From NCBI RefSeq assembly GCF_009914755.1, contig NC_060937.1: a stretch of DNA of 64,000 nucleotides, one strand, 5' to 3'. Source of the DNA: the human T2T-CHM13v2.0 reference genome, Homo sapiens. This document shows, one piece after another, positions 43,121 through 56,419 of the stretch (positions are counted from its first letter, which is position 1; each line of letters starts with the position of its first letter). Both the position numbers and the translations under genes were made by a program. The notes below the pieces were generated by a model. It was not told the origin of the DNA. It saw nothing but the letters and a program-made list of their open reading frames with translations, and made no database searches.

Positions 43121-44580
43121 AAAAGAGTGTATAAAGGCAGAGATTTTAAAGAAAAGTTCAGAATTTAATTTCTGCAATACCCTACCAGCCCCAGAAATCT
43201 TCTTAGTTTTTGGTAGTTTTGAGGATACGAAAGGCCAATATCCCTTTTTCTCTTCCCAGACTAATGAAAATGACTTTCTTTCATATTAGGCGATCTAAAT
43301 ATTTCACTTGTTTTTTGACAAAACTAAAGCTTTTCTTTTGAAATTTTGTGGGGTTTTTTTTTTAAAGGCGACTGTTGTAACAAGTGAATCTCTTATAGAG
43401 GTTTGCTTATCTTCTGAACAGAAAAGTAAATATAATCCACACATTTATTAAAGTGGATTTTTTTTGGAAAATTCAACATTCAAGAAATCTGCTTTTAATA
43501 TTTATGAGAAATGAGTTGGACTCTCAGTATATCCCTGAAGCATAACCATCCATGAATATTGTCTGTCTTCTGAAGTGAAGGTGAAGTGGAACTCGCTGTC
43601 CTTATAATCAGAAATGCTAAAGAAAGCATCATATAAATCTATCACAGCAAATAATTCACTGTCAGTTGGGACTATAGTCAACAACGTATGAGGTTTTGGC
43701 ACTACTGGATGTCAATGAATGGCTATATTATTAATTGCTCTTAGATTCTGTACTAATCTCCATCCTCTATAGTCTGGCTTTCTCATGGACAGAACTGGAG
43801 TGTTACATGAACTCATATAAGAAATAGTCAAGCCTCTTTTTATATAATCTGAAATTATAGGTCTTATTCCTTCCAAGGCCTCAGATCCTAGGGGGTATGG
43901 CTTAAGGTTCAGAAGAGGCTTTGATGGGTCTATTTAAATTTTAAGTGGGGCAGCCAAGATAAGTTTTCCAATATCACTGGAGAATTATGACCATAATTGA
44001 TCAGGCACTGCTTTTAGCAGTTTCTGTAATTCCTCATTACTCAATATTCAGTATCCTCCCTGGCAATGTGAAGGGCAATTTATAAATTAGAAGGGTCAAG
44101 TTTTAAATTGTCTGTATCTAATGTTTTAAAATTTTCTTTATCTAATGTTTTAAAATATTCTGTCTTCTAGCTCTAAATGTATATCCCTTTTTGGGAAAAT
44201 AAGATGTTACTGTATAATTCTAAAAGGTCTCTCTCTATGAGATGAATGGTGGCTGATGGAACCAAGTGGAAAACATAAGCCCTTTGTAGGGGACCTAGTT
44301 GAAAAGCCACAGGCTGAGACTTATGTGCTGATACAGGAGTATTAGTGACAACCACCTTTTGAATTGTTTGTTTACTCTGAGGAATGGAACCCAGTAATAA
44401 GGTTGGATTTATTACAGATAACATATCAGCAAGAGCTTGTGTGTGTTCTCCACTCAAAACAATTTCTATTTTCCAAGTGTTAGTAAGAAGGAAATAAAAG
44501 TTCTCTTTAAGTTTCTCAGAGAATCCCTATTCTTTTTCCTTTGTCTGTTGCTGTTCCTTTCGTCTTACTTTTCTACAATC

Positions 44581-47431
44581 TTTTTATTATTATTATTATT
44601 TTGCTTTAAGTTCTGGGATACACGTGCAGAATGTGCAGGTTTGTTACATAGGTATATGCATGCCATGGTGGTTTGCTGCACCCATCAACCCATCATCTAC
44701 ATTAGATATTTCTCCTAATGCTATCCCTCCCCTAGCCCCCCACCCCCCAACAGGCCCTGGTATGTGATATTCCCCTCCCTGTGTCCATGTGTTCTCATTG
44801 TTTAACTCCCACTTATGAGTGAGAAGGTGAGGTGTCTGGTTTTCTGTTTCTGTGTTAGTTTGCAGATAGTGATGGTTTCCAGCTTCATCCATGTCCCTGC
44901 AAAGGACATGAACTCATCCTTTTTATGGCTGCATATTATTCCATGGTGTATATGTGCCACATTTTCCTTATCCAGTTTATCATTGATGGACATTTGGGTG
45001 GTTCCAAGTCTTTGCTATTGTGAATAGTGCTGCAATAAACATATGTGTGCATGTGTCTTTATAGAATGATTTATAATCATTTGGGCATATACCCAGTAAT
45101 GGGATTGCTGGGTCAAATGGTATTTCTGGTTCTAGATCCTTGAGGAATCGCCACACTGACTTTCACAATGGATGAATTATTTTACACTCCCATCAACAGT
45201 GTAAAAGTGTTCCTATTTCTCCACATCCTCTCCAGCATCTGTTGTTTCCTGACTTTCTAATGATCACCACTCTAACTGGTGTGAGATGGTATCTCATTAT
45301 GGTTTTGATTTGCACCCAATACAGGAGCACCCAGATACATATAGCAAGTTCTTAGAGACCTACAAAGAAACTTAGACTCCCACATAATAATAGTGGGAGA
45401 CTTTAACATCCCATTGTCAATATTAGACTGATCAATGAGATAGAAAATTAACAAGGATATTCAGCACTTGAACTCAGTTCTGCACCAAGCGGACCTAATA
45501 GACAGCTATAGAACTCTCCACCCCAAATCAACAGAATATACATTCTTCTCAGCATCATTTCGCACTTATTTTAAAATTTACCACATAATTGGAAGTAAAA
45601 CACTCCTCAGCAAATGCAAAAGAATGGAAATCCTAACAGTCTCTCAGGCCACAGTGCAATCAAATTAAAACTCAGGATTCAGAAACTCACTCAAAACCAC
45701 ACAACTACATGGAAATGAACAACCTGCTCCTGAATGACTACTGGGTAAATAACGAAATGAGGGCAGAAATAAGTAAGTTCTTTGAAACCAATGAGAACAC
45801 AGACACAATGTACCAGAATCTCTGGGACACAGCTAAAGCAATGTTTAGAGGGAAATTTATAGCAATAAGTGCCCACAGGAGAAAGCAAGAAAGTTCTAAA
45901 ATTGACATGCTAACATCACAATTAAAAGAACTAGAGAAGCAAAAGCAAACAAATTCAAAAACTAGCAAAAGATGAGAAATAACTAAGATATGAGCAGAAC
46001 TGAAGGAGATAGAGACATGAAAAGTCCTTCAAAAATCAGTGAATCCAGGAGCTGGTTAAAATGTTATCAGAAATGTTGGCACACTGTATAAACTCTTCCA
46101 TACCTTGCTTTTCTCTCTTAATGGAGACTGAAGTGCTTTCCATATCAGTACAGAAAAGCTTCCTTTTGCATGGCTGTATCATTTCCTACATATGGATGTA
46201 CCATAATCTATTTAAGGAATTCCCATTCGATGGTCATTTATAGCAGACGTCTTTCTGCTATTGTTGAAAATGCCTCAATGGAAACCTTGTCCATAATGAC
46301 TTAGTGCACGTGCAAACCAAAATTATTCTTCTTGACAAAATAGTTTAAAATTCCCTTCTCATCATGAAAAGGGGCAGAACAGGGAGGAGGCAAGTGTCAG
46401 AGAGAACATAGACAAAGTTTCAGAAAGCTGAGCTTGAAATCTCAGTGAACTGCAGCAGCAAAATCACAGCCACATGTTTCAGGGCCATTGGAGGAAAGCA
46501 AACATTGCAGAGAAACACACTAATAAAGACTTAGGACTAGAGATCTGTGTTTTGGAAGAAGACATTCTAAAGCATATCAGACCTCACAGGACAAAGCCAT
46601 GTAGATCACAGAGAACACAAACTAAACCAGCAAGAACCATTCCCTTAGCTTCCATGGAAAAGGGCAATCAGCAGATCTTCAGAAGAATTTCAGACAGGGA
46701 TCAGAAACTATATTTTGTGTCTAGCTTTTATTGTCAAGTATTGATATAGTATTTATAACAGATATTTTTAGATGCTTTATAAAGTCTGGAGTTCTTCTAG
46801 AGAAGCAAGGGCAAACAAATTCAAAAGCTAGCAGAAGACAAGAAATACTAAGATCAGAGCAGAACTGAAGGAGATAGAGACACAAAAAAACCCTTCAAAA
46901 TATCAGCGAATCCAGGAGCTGGTTTTTTGAAAAGATTAACAAAATAGACAGCTAGCCAGACTAATAAAGAAGAAAAGAGAGAAGAATCAAATAGACACAA
47001 TAAAAAATGATAAAGGGGATATCACCACTGATACTACCATCAGGGAATACTATAAACACCTCTGTGCAAATAAACTAGAAAATCTAGAAGAAATGGATAA
47101 ATTCCTGGACATATACACCCCCCCCCCAAGACTAAACTAGGAAGAAGTCAAATTCCCAAATAGACCAATAACAAGTTCTGAAATTGAGGCGGTAGTAGCC
47201 TAACAACCAAAAAAAGCCCAGGACCAGATGGATTAGCAGCCGAATTCTTCCAGAGGTGCAAAGAGGAGCTGGCACCATTTCTTCTGAAACTATTCCGAAC
47301 AATAGAAAAAGGGAGACTCCTCCCTAACTCATTTTATGAGGCCAGCATCATCCTGATACCAAAATCTGGCAGAAACACAACAAAAAAAGAAAATTTCAGG
47401 CCAATATCCCTGATCATCAATGCGAAAATCC
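44581..47431 (-). mobile_element. 5'-inverted L1PA7-like element with a foreign internal insert
   Basis: 44581-45313 is the 3' end on minus; 45311-46057 and 46797-47431 are ORF2 EN/RT region on plus; TSD acaa(t)ctttt. Confidence 0.94.
46075..46315 (-). mobile_element. Ancient L1M (L1ME-like) 3' fragment inside the captured insert
   Basis: 'tggatgtaccataatctatttaaggaattcccattcgatggtcattta...ttctgctattgttgaaaatgcctcaatg' resembles the antisense L1ME 3' region. Confidence 0.7.
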
Positions 47432-48702
47432 ACAACTTTTAAAAAAGTGGTCTGACTTTTTGCAATAATTGCAAAGCAGAGGGTTGGGTTCATTTTGAGG
47501 TTTATAGGGACATTTTAGAGACCCAGATTGGATATATAGTTGTTTCAACTGTAAACTCAGAAATTTATTAGCCTTACTCTTTTGTTTGGACTCTTTCCTC
47601 TTTCTTCCTTAGTTAAGGTACAAGACAAATGATTGCCAAGATTAAACAAATTGTGTTTGAGAAATAGCCCAACTACAGCATTGTCTTATTTCTATGAATG
47701 CTAATTTCTCATCTAACCCATTTATGAAATTGGAATTGAGGAGAGTATCATTTTAATGATTAGCATAACTCACTTCAGATAATCCTGAGTGTTTAAATAT
47801 ATTTTTTAAAATCTCCCAAAATATGACATCACCGACTCATTTGGATTTTGTTGACATGGTTTTATTCTAGTTAACTATTTCTGAAAGACTAAAGAGATAG
47901 CATCAAGTAAAGATTTAGCAGTATCATAGGCATGTTCACAATTAGTTTCTGAAAATTTCAGAAAGTCTCCAAAGGAGTTCCTCCAATTTTCCTTAGCTAT
48001 CCAATCTTTAGCTTTACTTTCTCTTACTAACATGTGAATTAATTAATATAAATCAGAAAAACCAGGATCATGAGCTTGAATATTCAGTTCAAATTAGCTG
48101 GCAAAACTAATAGAGTCCTTGTGAGGGTTGGGAATTCTTTAATTATTCGTTTTAGTTGTACCTTTGACCATGGTTAATAAACCAAAGCAGGTTATCCTTC
48201 ACCAGACACCTGCTGTTCACAAAATGGAGCCAAAACAGCAGGTGTCGGAGAAGGAGGAGGAACAGAAGGTACAAATGGGCAAGGCAGTCCAGACCATGAA
48301 GGATAAAGAGAAGAAGGAGCTAAAGGAGGAGGAGAAATTTTAGCAGTCTTTTTAAATACAGGAATTGTTTTAGGTCATCTTTTTTTGTTTCCTTCCTGAA
48401 GAGAAAGGACTTTATCAGAACCCCTTTTGGAAGTTTCCAAATACCATTGAAAACAATTTTCACAATTGTTCTATTTCAGAGTCAGCTTTTTCTAATTGAG
48501 CATGCAAGTTAACTAATTTAGGCATTAAAGGTAGTGCATTTTGGCCGTTGTAATTTGGGGTCATCAGGAGTTATGTGTGATCAATTTTCTAAATATTTGC
48601 ATGAAAATACACTATAGGTGTTAAACACAAATCTAGCTGATGTTTCTAATGGTGGGTCCTCGTTAAGAAGGAAGAGTTCATTTTAGATGCTCAGTTGCCC
48701 AT
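47432..48702 (-). pseudogene. gag: ERV gag, disrupted (C-terminal end continues near 44500-44580)
   Basis: ATG GGC AAC (MGN) at 48702, matrix-like PPLETSARFVFNTY, Pro/Ser-rich stretch, zinc knuckle [14 protein letters not shown] at ~47432-47473. Confidence 0.88.
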
Positions 48703-49520
48703 AATTTAGTGCTTTCCTTCCTGCATGACCAAAATACTTTTGAGTCAAGTGTGCTGCTTGTGGGGATGGCTCCTCAAGGTGTCACCCTTGAGTCACTTCT
48801 TCCCTCTTAAGCGTCTCGGTAATCCCAAGAAACTTTGGCACTTTCCGCGCTAGTTGATCAATCCTTTATGTGTGCCAGCTGAATTAAGTGAGGCTACCTT
48901 TATGTTCTTCTTAGGGGTTTCGTATGAGACTATTACTCATCATGAGTGATTAACTCTGACATTCCCACTAGAACTAAACCACCTAAGGTACCATCTGGCA
49001 GCGAGAAATGGTGTCTCTTATCTTTGGGACTTATTTTGTCCTCACAGGGAGCCTGTTATACTTTTGGTTATTCATAAATAAAGTCTGGATTTGTCAATTG
49101 AACCAAGCTTCAGAACCTGGCCAGTTTTAAAGACTATAAACTTTTCCCGCAGGTCACAAAGATTCACTTCCTTTCACCACATCTTTTCAAAGGGAAGCTG
49201 TCTCTGTACCAAAATTTTGAACGACAGAAGGGTTGTAAAAACTCTAAGGAATAATTCAAGACAAATCTTAACTTCACAGAAAGTGAAAGCTAGAAATCTG
49301 CTATTAGAATCTCTACAGAATAACAAATGAATCTTCTACCTTGGAACAGAACTTCAATTCCAACCCCACTGAGTTAGGAAGGTACAGCTTGAATAAATTC
49401 TGAATCCTCAACCAAGGTGAGGCACCTTACCAGGGATTCCTGTTAACTCTGGTGAGGGTGGAAGATACATCAGTTGTGCTGGTATCAAAGATCTGGCTGC
49501 TGGTGAAATGACTGGGAAGG

Positions 49521-49538
49521 TCTCCTTCATAATCGCTA
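49521..49538 (-). other. Degenerate primer-binding site, probably tRNA-Arg
   Basis: Minus TAGCGATTATGAAGGAGA, 3 nt after the LTR CA; differs mostly by transitions from the Arg-type TGGCGACCACGAAGGGA. Confidence 0.6.
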
Positions 49539-49541
49539 ATT

Positions 49542-50020
49542 TGTCAACCTTAAATTAGGATTCAGGCAATATGATTAAATATTGAGTTTATTCAAGCACA
49601 AAGTCAGAAAAAAACCACTGGTAAGGACAGAGACTCCAAAAAGATAGGGTCAGTGCACCGAAGAGGAGACACTTGAGGGCTGTTAATATAGGCAAAAGCT
49701 GGGGAAACTGAACAGGGTCTCAACATTTTCCATGTAAGGTTAGTGCATAGTTACAGCAATTTGATGGTCATAGGCAGTGTTTCATTTTGGGAAGGGAATA
49801 TTAACATTCCACATTAAGGATGTAATGGTCAAGGGGTCTTTTACCTTAGCCAAGAAGTCTGCTGTCTCAGGTACCATCTGGTCTGAACTGGGACAAAAAG
49901 TAATAATAAGGAAGGGCAAAAGGTCGGTCATGCTTCGTGACTTGGTCTCCAAAGTCAACCTTGCTCAGTGCCTAACAACTTTTAGAAGCCCCAGACAGAC
50001 AGATTATCCATTTTCTTTCA
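49542..50020 (-). mobile_element. ERV 5' LTR, complete (479 bp)
   Basis: Minus TGAAAGAAAA...aggttgaCA; minus-strand tatattaa (~49683-49690) and AATAAA (~49587-49592). Confidence 0.93.
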
Positions 50021-51034
50021 TAATAAAGAGAAATTTGTTTTTCATAGAAATGCATTGTATGATTTATTTCAGTACAGTAGACAACAGTCTCCATTTGTTA
50101 ATCTCACATTTCCCACAAGGAGGAAAAATTTATTGCCAGTCTGGTGAATGTTAAGGGGTTTTCGGTCTATAAAGGAAAATTTAACTAAGGGTTTCCCAGA
50201 AGACATGAGTATCAAAAATGAGAAAAGTTTTATGTAAAGTCTTTCTACAGGATATTTCAAAACACCACCAAAGTAGTCATCATGGGAAAAAAAATAAGAA
50301 TTTATTGGACTTCATTAAACCAGTTTCATGATGTAATATTCTTTTTATTTTGAATTATACCCTGTGGGTATTGGGATGGGTTAGAGGGGTGTCCCACAAT
50401 CTAGCCCAGAGCTTGGTAAAGGTCTTAATATGATCATATGTTGTTGAGTCATTATCAAATAGATCATTCCAAATCTACTTAACATTCTTAAAATAATAGT
50501 TTCCTTACAGAAGAAAGATATGGTTAGAATGCACATGGACTATGGGAAGAGCAAAGTGGGGCATTCAGACTGGCTGGGTGGGGTCAGGGCCTGTGCATAA
50601 GAGAGAAACAGACTCAAGGCAGTTGGGCACATTAGAACAGAGTTTCTTCAGACCAAATGGTGAGAATCTTGTTCTCAATTAGCATATGTTTTAATGAAGA
50701 CCTCCACTATGACCTTAATAAGAAATTTTGACTATTATTAAGAACAGGTTGAAGTAAAATTGACTTAGAAATGAATTTTCCAAAGAAACAGATAAAAATA
50801 AAACCATGAAAGATAAAAAGAATAAAATCATAGAATAATAAAATCATAAAAAGATCACCACAGGACCACAATTATTTCCAAACTATGGACTATAAATGCA
50901 AAGCCCTATCACCAGGATCTGCTTATGTAGCCTCCTTCCCTGAAGTTTCTTCCACCAGCACATAGCTATTGAATGCTTTAAAACTGAAAATGAGTCTCTC
51001 AGTTAATATCACTGTGAGGGTTTAAAATATAAGA

Positions 51035-51270
51035 ATGCTAATATTTTATAGTGCTTATTATGTATGGACACCCTTCTAAATGCTTTATATTAATTTATTT
51101 AATGTTGACTGTTCAAGGTAGCTATCAACTATTATTATCCATTATACAAATGTGGACATTAAGGCACAGACAGAAAAAGCAATGTGCTGAAAGGCACACA
51201 GTTGGGAAGAGGCAGAATCACTAACTGGACCCAAGCAGTCTGAATCCAGAATCCACTTTCTTAACACTCA
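51035..51270 (-). mobile_element. MIR
   Basis: 'tattattatccattatacaaatgtggacattaaggcacaga...acccaagcagtctgaatccaga'. Confidence 0.8.
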
Positions 51271-51577
51271 GCTTTCAGTAGGTGTAAGACATGTATAGTC
51301 TTTAGCAATCATGATAATATACTTTAGATTTTCTGGGTCATCTGGTTTTCAAGCATTCTGATCATTGAACCTAAATAAATTCTGATATTTTCAACATTTT
51401 TTGGTCACATACAAAATATGTTTGTAAATGTATGTAGAAGTTCAGTCACCAAATACTCCAATTTTAGATGTCCCATTAAAGCTAGCTCTATAGTTTGGAT
51501 TATCTACCTTACACAAATAAAATATTTAGACTCAGCCCCTCTGGACCTCAGTCTCATCTTTTTTAAAGTGGGAATAT

Positions 51578-52093
51578 TGCCTGCGCTTGTATGTTCATCA
51601 CAGCACTATTCACCATAGCAAAGTCATGGAACCAACTTAGGTTGGAACCATCAGCAGTTGACTGGATAACTACCACTTAGTCATGGAACCATCAACAGTT
51701 GACTGGGTAAAGAAAATATGATATATATACACCATGGAATACTACACAGCCATAAAAAATAATGAAATCATGTCTTTTGCAGCCACATGGATGGAGCTGG
51801 AGGCCATTATCCTAAGTGAACTGACTCAGAAATAGAAAGTCAAATACTGCATTTTTTCACATACAAGTGGAAGATAACCAATGGGTAAACATAAATAAAG
51901 ATGGAAATAATAGACACAGGATTCCAAAAGCAGGGAGGCTGGGAGGGGAATTAGGGTTGAAAAATAAGCTATCATGTACAATGTTTGCTATTTAGGTAAT
52001 AGATACACTAGAAGCCCAATCCCCACCAGTACTCAATATACCCATGTAACAAACATGCACATCTCCCCACTGTATTTACAATTAAATTAAACT
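51578..52093 (+). mobile_element. L1PB (PB3/4-like) 3' end, inserted in a MIR3-like fragment
   Basis: 'tacactagaagcccaatccccacca...atatacccatgtaacaaac'; MIR halves 'cctcagtctcatc' (left) and 'ttggactagatg' (right). Confidence 0.88.
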
Positions 52094-52789
52094 AAAGTGA
52101 GGGTGTTGGACTAGATGTACTTCCAATGTCAAGATTACATTTAACATCTGTCAACTGGATCCAGGTTTAGTCTCATTTTTGCTGAAGTAGCATGTCATCA
52201 GCCTTCCAGGAAATGATTGTGAAAATCCATTCATACACTCTGAGGATCAGCACAGCACATTCCTAGAGGTAATTGCATTTGCTCAAATCAATGAGTCATT
52301 GGCCATTTGTAACTCTCCATGGGTTAATTACCAACACCATTGTTGAGACTGTAACATGTTTTGCTTGTGCTTAGAGAAATGTTTTTGTGGTTTCACTCTT
52401 AATTTGGCAGCGGCTGATACGAATTCAGACCACATATTATACTCATCGGTCTTTCACAACTGCCATTTCCCACAGGCAGCCTGATTATTCTACCCATGGA
52501 AACAGCAGAGAGCACCTAGCTTGTAAGATAGCAGATGAACAGTACTGAGTAAGCTTTATGTACTAAATGGGGCGTGAGGTTCATCGTGCTCACTATCACA
52601 GTCAAGAGGACTCGCAACAGGGAGAAGAAATAAGTCATTTAAATAAACTGGAAGAGATAAAAGAAGAGTTCAAAATCACTCAGCCAGTTAAAACCAATTT
52701 AACACCTTTGTTGAGTTGAGGAGCTTTCTGCTTAAAGTATTCTGGCAGATTAAATATCCAGACGGTAGGCAAAAAGAGAGGAAGTGACA

Positions 52790-53110
52790 CCTATGAGTAT
52801 TTGATATGTGCCAGACATTGTGCAGAGTCTTATAATAATAAAATAACAACACACATTTTTTTGTATGTGCACAATTCTAACTGCTTTACATGTCTTAATT
52901 CATTTAATCCTCACATCAACTCCAAGGAGTAAATATAATTTTTAACCCGATTTTTGTTGCTTTTAATTTTATAAGAAACATAAGAGACAGCCAATATTGA
53001 CCTTACTTTTCAAATAAGGACACTGGGTCTCAGAGTTTGTAATTTGGTCATGGTTTCATAGGTAATAAATAACTAATGCAGAATTCACACGCATCTCTGT
53101 TGGACCTTAA
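52790..53110 (-). mobile_element. MIR fragments
   Basis: 'tatgtgccagacattgtgc', 'tcatttaatcctcacatcaactcc', 'aaataaggacactgggtctcagag'. Confidence 0.7.
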
Positions 53111-53384
53111 AGTTGTGTTTTCCCTTGCCTTAGCAAGGATCCTGATACATTTGAAAAACTCAGCATTTTGTCATGTATCTGATAATTTCCAAATTGGAAG
53201 GGACTCAATGATCACAATCCTATTGCTTTTACTTCATAGAAAACCACTGGTTTCTTCAAATGATTAAGCTTAATGTCAAATGGTTAGCTGGTCTGAAACC
53301 TAGGTCCTTGACTTCTTGGTCTAAATCATCTCCTTTACTTCGGTGATTCCTAGTCCATAGAACTCACATAGTTCTAAAACAATG

Positions 53385-53515
53385 AGTTTCAACTTGGGGT
53401 GTGCATCAGAGAGTTTATCTGTGGTGCTTTTTAAAAACAGATTCCCTAGCACCACCATAGACCTACTGAATCCAATTTACCTAGTGATCAACAAATATGT
53501 GATTCTGATGTGATT
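53385..53515. mobile_element. MER5A-like hAT fragment
   Basis: 'tcaacttggggtgtgcatcaga...agacctactgaatc...gtgattctgatg'. Confidence 0.65.
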
Positions 53516-54213
53516 ATAACTTCACTCACAGTTAATATAATTACATTCTCTAAGTTCCCAGAAATTCAATTTTAAGGCAACTTATTGCCATCAGAATTCC
53601 TAGGGGCTGGGTTTCAAGTCATACCAGGACTCCAACAGAACAGGCAAGTAGAGAAGGAAAGAAGTCGGATCAAATGCTACAGGTTCTGACTCAGAAGCAG
53701 AGTCGTAGAGTGGCCCTTGAGTGGAGTGGCCAGAAGCCCACGGGGGCAAGGTGAAGCATGGAGGCGGGATTTGGCTGTCTCAGAGGTCTTTAGGCAGTGA
53801 GATACTTGAAGTCAGGCAGGAGGCAACATTGCAGTTCTGCATAGTTGGAGTTAGAACAGGTCCCTAGCCAGCCATAGTGATCAAAGGAAGAGTTTCCATA
53901 TTCTGAGAAAAGGGGCTGGCAAGGGGTACGGTAGTTAGCAGGACTTCAGTCACATAACCTAGGGTTTGGAGAAGGCTGTCAGCCCCATGGAAAATTTTTA
54001 GTACTAATAAGGATCCAAGCCAAAGCTCATTCTTCTTTTCTTCATTTAAGCATCCATTTCTTCATTTAAATATCTATTGATCACCTTTTAGTCCACTCAC
54101 TAGAGTAGATGGCTTACATATTCCATCTCTGTAATGCTGATTATTCATTCTTTCTTTATTATCCAGAAAACTCAAATATTCTTTCCATATTTTAAAGATC
54201 CCCCACATTGTGA

Positions 54214-54514
<301 letters not shown>

Positions 54515-54911
54515 AGATATTCTATTTTTTGTAGCTTCCCTAGCAAAGGTTTGCAGGTCATAATCTAGACCCTGTCAATCAAAGACCAACCAGGGCTCCA
54601 GGCTCTCTGCTAGGCACTGGAGATTTAAAAGATCAAGAAGACATCATACCTGTACCACAGGAAAAAAAAGGAGGATATCATATTTGGAACTTAGTCTGAA
54701 CCTCAGTGGTATGGTGCCTTCTGAAACACAGACCACTTTGGTCAGAACCAGCTAGGGGCTATGCTGGGTTGAGAGTGTGTGTATCCAACATCAGTATCAG
54801 CTGACCAGGAAAGGGAGGTATTGACAATAATACAGAAGACTAAGCACATGTTGTTGCAGGTATGTATTCTAGCACAACTGTCACAATCAGTAAAATACAT
54901 CTAATGACTAG

Positions 54912-55243
<332 letters not shown>

Positions 55244-55259
55244 TGGGATATCCTTTTTA

Positions 55260-55400
55260 AGTGCACAAACTGGAAGTCACACATATCACTTCTAAGCACA
55301 TTGCACTGACCAGAACTTAGTCACATCTCCACTGCAAGGGAGCCTGTGAGTCATAGGCTTTGGCTGGGCAGCCACATACCCAAGAGCTCTTTGTTATATT
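55260..55400 (-). mobile_element. MLT1J-like LTR fragment
   Basis: 'gaagtcacacatatcacttct...ccagaacttagtcacat...ctgcaagggagcctg'. Confidence 0.7.
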
Positions 55401-56229
55401 GTGTTGCCTATTAAAAAGTAAAATTTTTAAAGGAAAAAATATGTCTATAAGCAACTTGGGTTTTAGAATCTCCATCCTGGCTTTTGAGAGTTTGGGATCT
55501 TTTATCTCTCCAGCTTAGTCAGACTCTCTAGTTCGTGTAATAGGACACTCCTATTCTGATCTGGTTCCCTGAAAGCTGCATGTGATGTGTCTTAATATTA
55601 TATTGCACCACCTGCTATCTGCTTGGCTTATGATCATGCTTTGATCTATACTTGGATTTACTCTACTTGGAGAAAGGTATACTCTTTATAGGACTGGCAT
55701 GGTAGAAATTGTGATGATTTCTACAGGCTCTGCCTGTAGCCAATGAGGAAGCAGAAGATGAATCCAAATGGAACCTTATTTAGCCAACACACACAGGCAC
55801 TTGTGTGCCAAATGTGGTTTATAGGATACATTTTGGGAAAATTTACTGAGTTCCCCATTCATGAAACCATCATTAAATATTATATCATAGTTAGGTCTTC
55901 TATGCTTTCTTTCATCTTTGAGAAGGATATACTAGAAATTATCAATTTCTCTTTAAAGTCTTACATACCTATACTACAGTTCACCTGCATTTAAGCTTAG
56001 ACTGGACATATTAGGGAGATGAGAAGAGCAAGAGAAACTGAAGAGCTTGGCTACTTAGTTGGTGACCTTGTTATTTTCCAAGAACGATTTAGTTGCACAA
56101 AATCTATGGTGTACTTCTAACAAAAGTCTACAAGATCTTACATTATAAATCTTGTATACTAGTTGTACTAGACACTAACCATTCTTTTCGGTGGACAACA
56201 TCTGAGCCTCATTATAGTTTAGGAATTCT

Positions 56230-56415
56230 TTACCTGTTTTCTGATTAGAGATAGTGAGCCAGAGGTAGCAAGCTTTAAAGACATATTTGTAAGACGTTTG
56301 CATATCAAACCTGTAGGAAACAAACCTGAAAAAAACATTCAGGGGCTTGCCATCTTAGTGAAAGGTGTACATCTAAATACTCCTTCTAATGTAAAGGATA
56401 ATTTGTTGCATCTGA
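56230..56415 (+). mobile_element. ERVL internal (pol RT) remnant
   Basis: 'attcaggggcttgccatcttagtgaaa...ccttctaatgtaaaggataatttgttgcatctg' (IQGLAILVK...PSNVKDNLLHL) resembles ERVL pol. Confidence 0.7.
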
Positions 56416-56419
56416 ATCT

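Noticed and set aside
53600-53990. Purine-rich segment possibly an ancient Gypsy-like or ERVL LTR
   Set aside because: No termini or diagnostic motif I can identify with confidence.
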